64,000 bases of DNA from Burkholderiales bacterium (lineage in GTDB: Bacteria; Pseudomonadota; Gammaproteobacteria; Burkholderiales; Eutrophovitaceae): contig JBBDIL010000020.1 of the NCBI GenBank assembly GCA_040880425.1, positions 23,312 through 87,311 of the forward strand. The letters run 5' to 3'. Below the pieces are notes generated by a model, which had not been told where the DNA came from, did not search any database, and saw only the letters and a list, made by a program, of their open reading frames with translations. Numbering within the stretch: position 1 is the first letter of the stretch; each line of letters opens with the position of its first letter. Shown here piece by piece: positions 61,863-64,000 of the stretch. The translations under genes were made by a program, and so were the position numbers.

Positions 61863-64000
<2,138 letters not shown>

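Overview
This is a GC-rich, gene-dense chromosomal core segment of a proteobacterium. The synteny blocks are typical of beta/gamma-proteobacteria: phaC-phaB-phaR, bamD/rluD-pgeF, copA-copZ-csoR, prfB-lysS, recJ, lolCD, comEC-relA, tRNA-Val-thrS-infC-rpmI-rplT-pheST-ihfA, surE-pcm-nlpD-rpoS, aminotransferase-hom-thrC, nadC and clpB. I call about 55 protein genes, 2 tRNAs, one orphan non-coding transcription unit, and a few promoters, terminators and operators. I saw no rRNA, CRISPR array, transposase, integrase or phage genes. Many long ORFs in the track lie antisense to, or are 5' extensions of, real genes and are GC-rich artefacts. Five regions deserve a second look. (1) At 46.9-55.2 kb there is a tightly packed operon: CheY-like receiver, double-domain KaiC-like ATPase, a 1268-aa degenerate-receiver/PAS/GAF/GGDEF/EAL protein, and a Cache/HAMP/PAS/GAF/GGDEF gene. 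It has no KaiA, KaiB or histidine kinase. The last gene carries an in-frame TGA plus a 1-nt frameshift inside its HAMP domain. (2) At 0.7-1.25 kb there is a roughly 465-nt ORF-free unit with its own promoter and terminator, divergent from phaR where a phasin gene might be expected. It is rich in GGA motifs. (3) Between tRNA-Val and thrS there is a Thr-codon mini-ORF with competing hairpins and terminators, which may be a leader-peptide attenuator. (4) A MoxR / DUF58 / membrane transglutaminase operon. (5) A divergent pair of Pat-type lysine acetyltransferase and HDAC-type deacetylase. All functional calls rest on my own reading of the translated sequences and on remembered family signatures. 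No database search was run.
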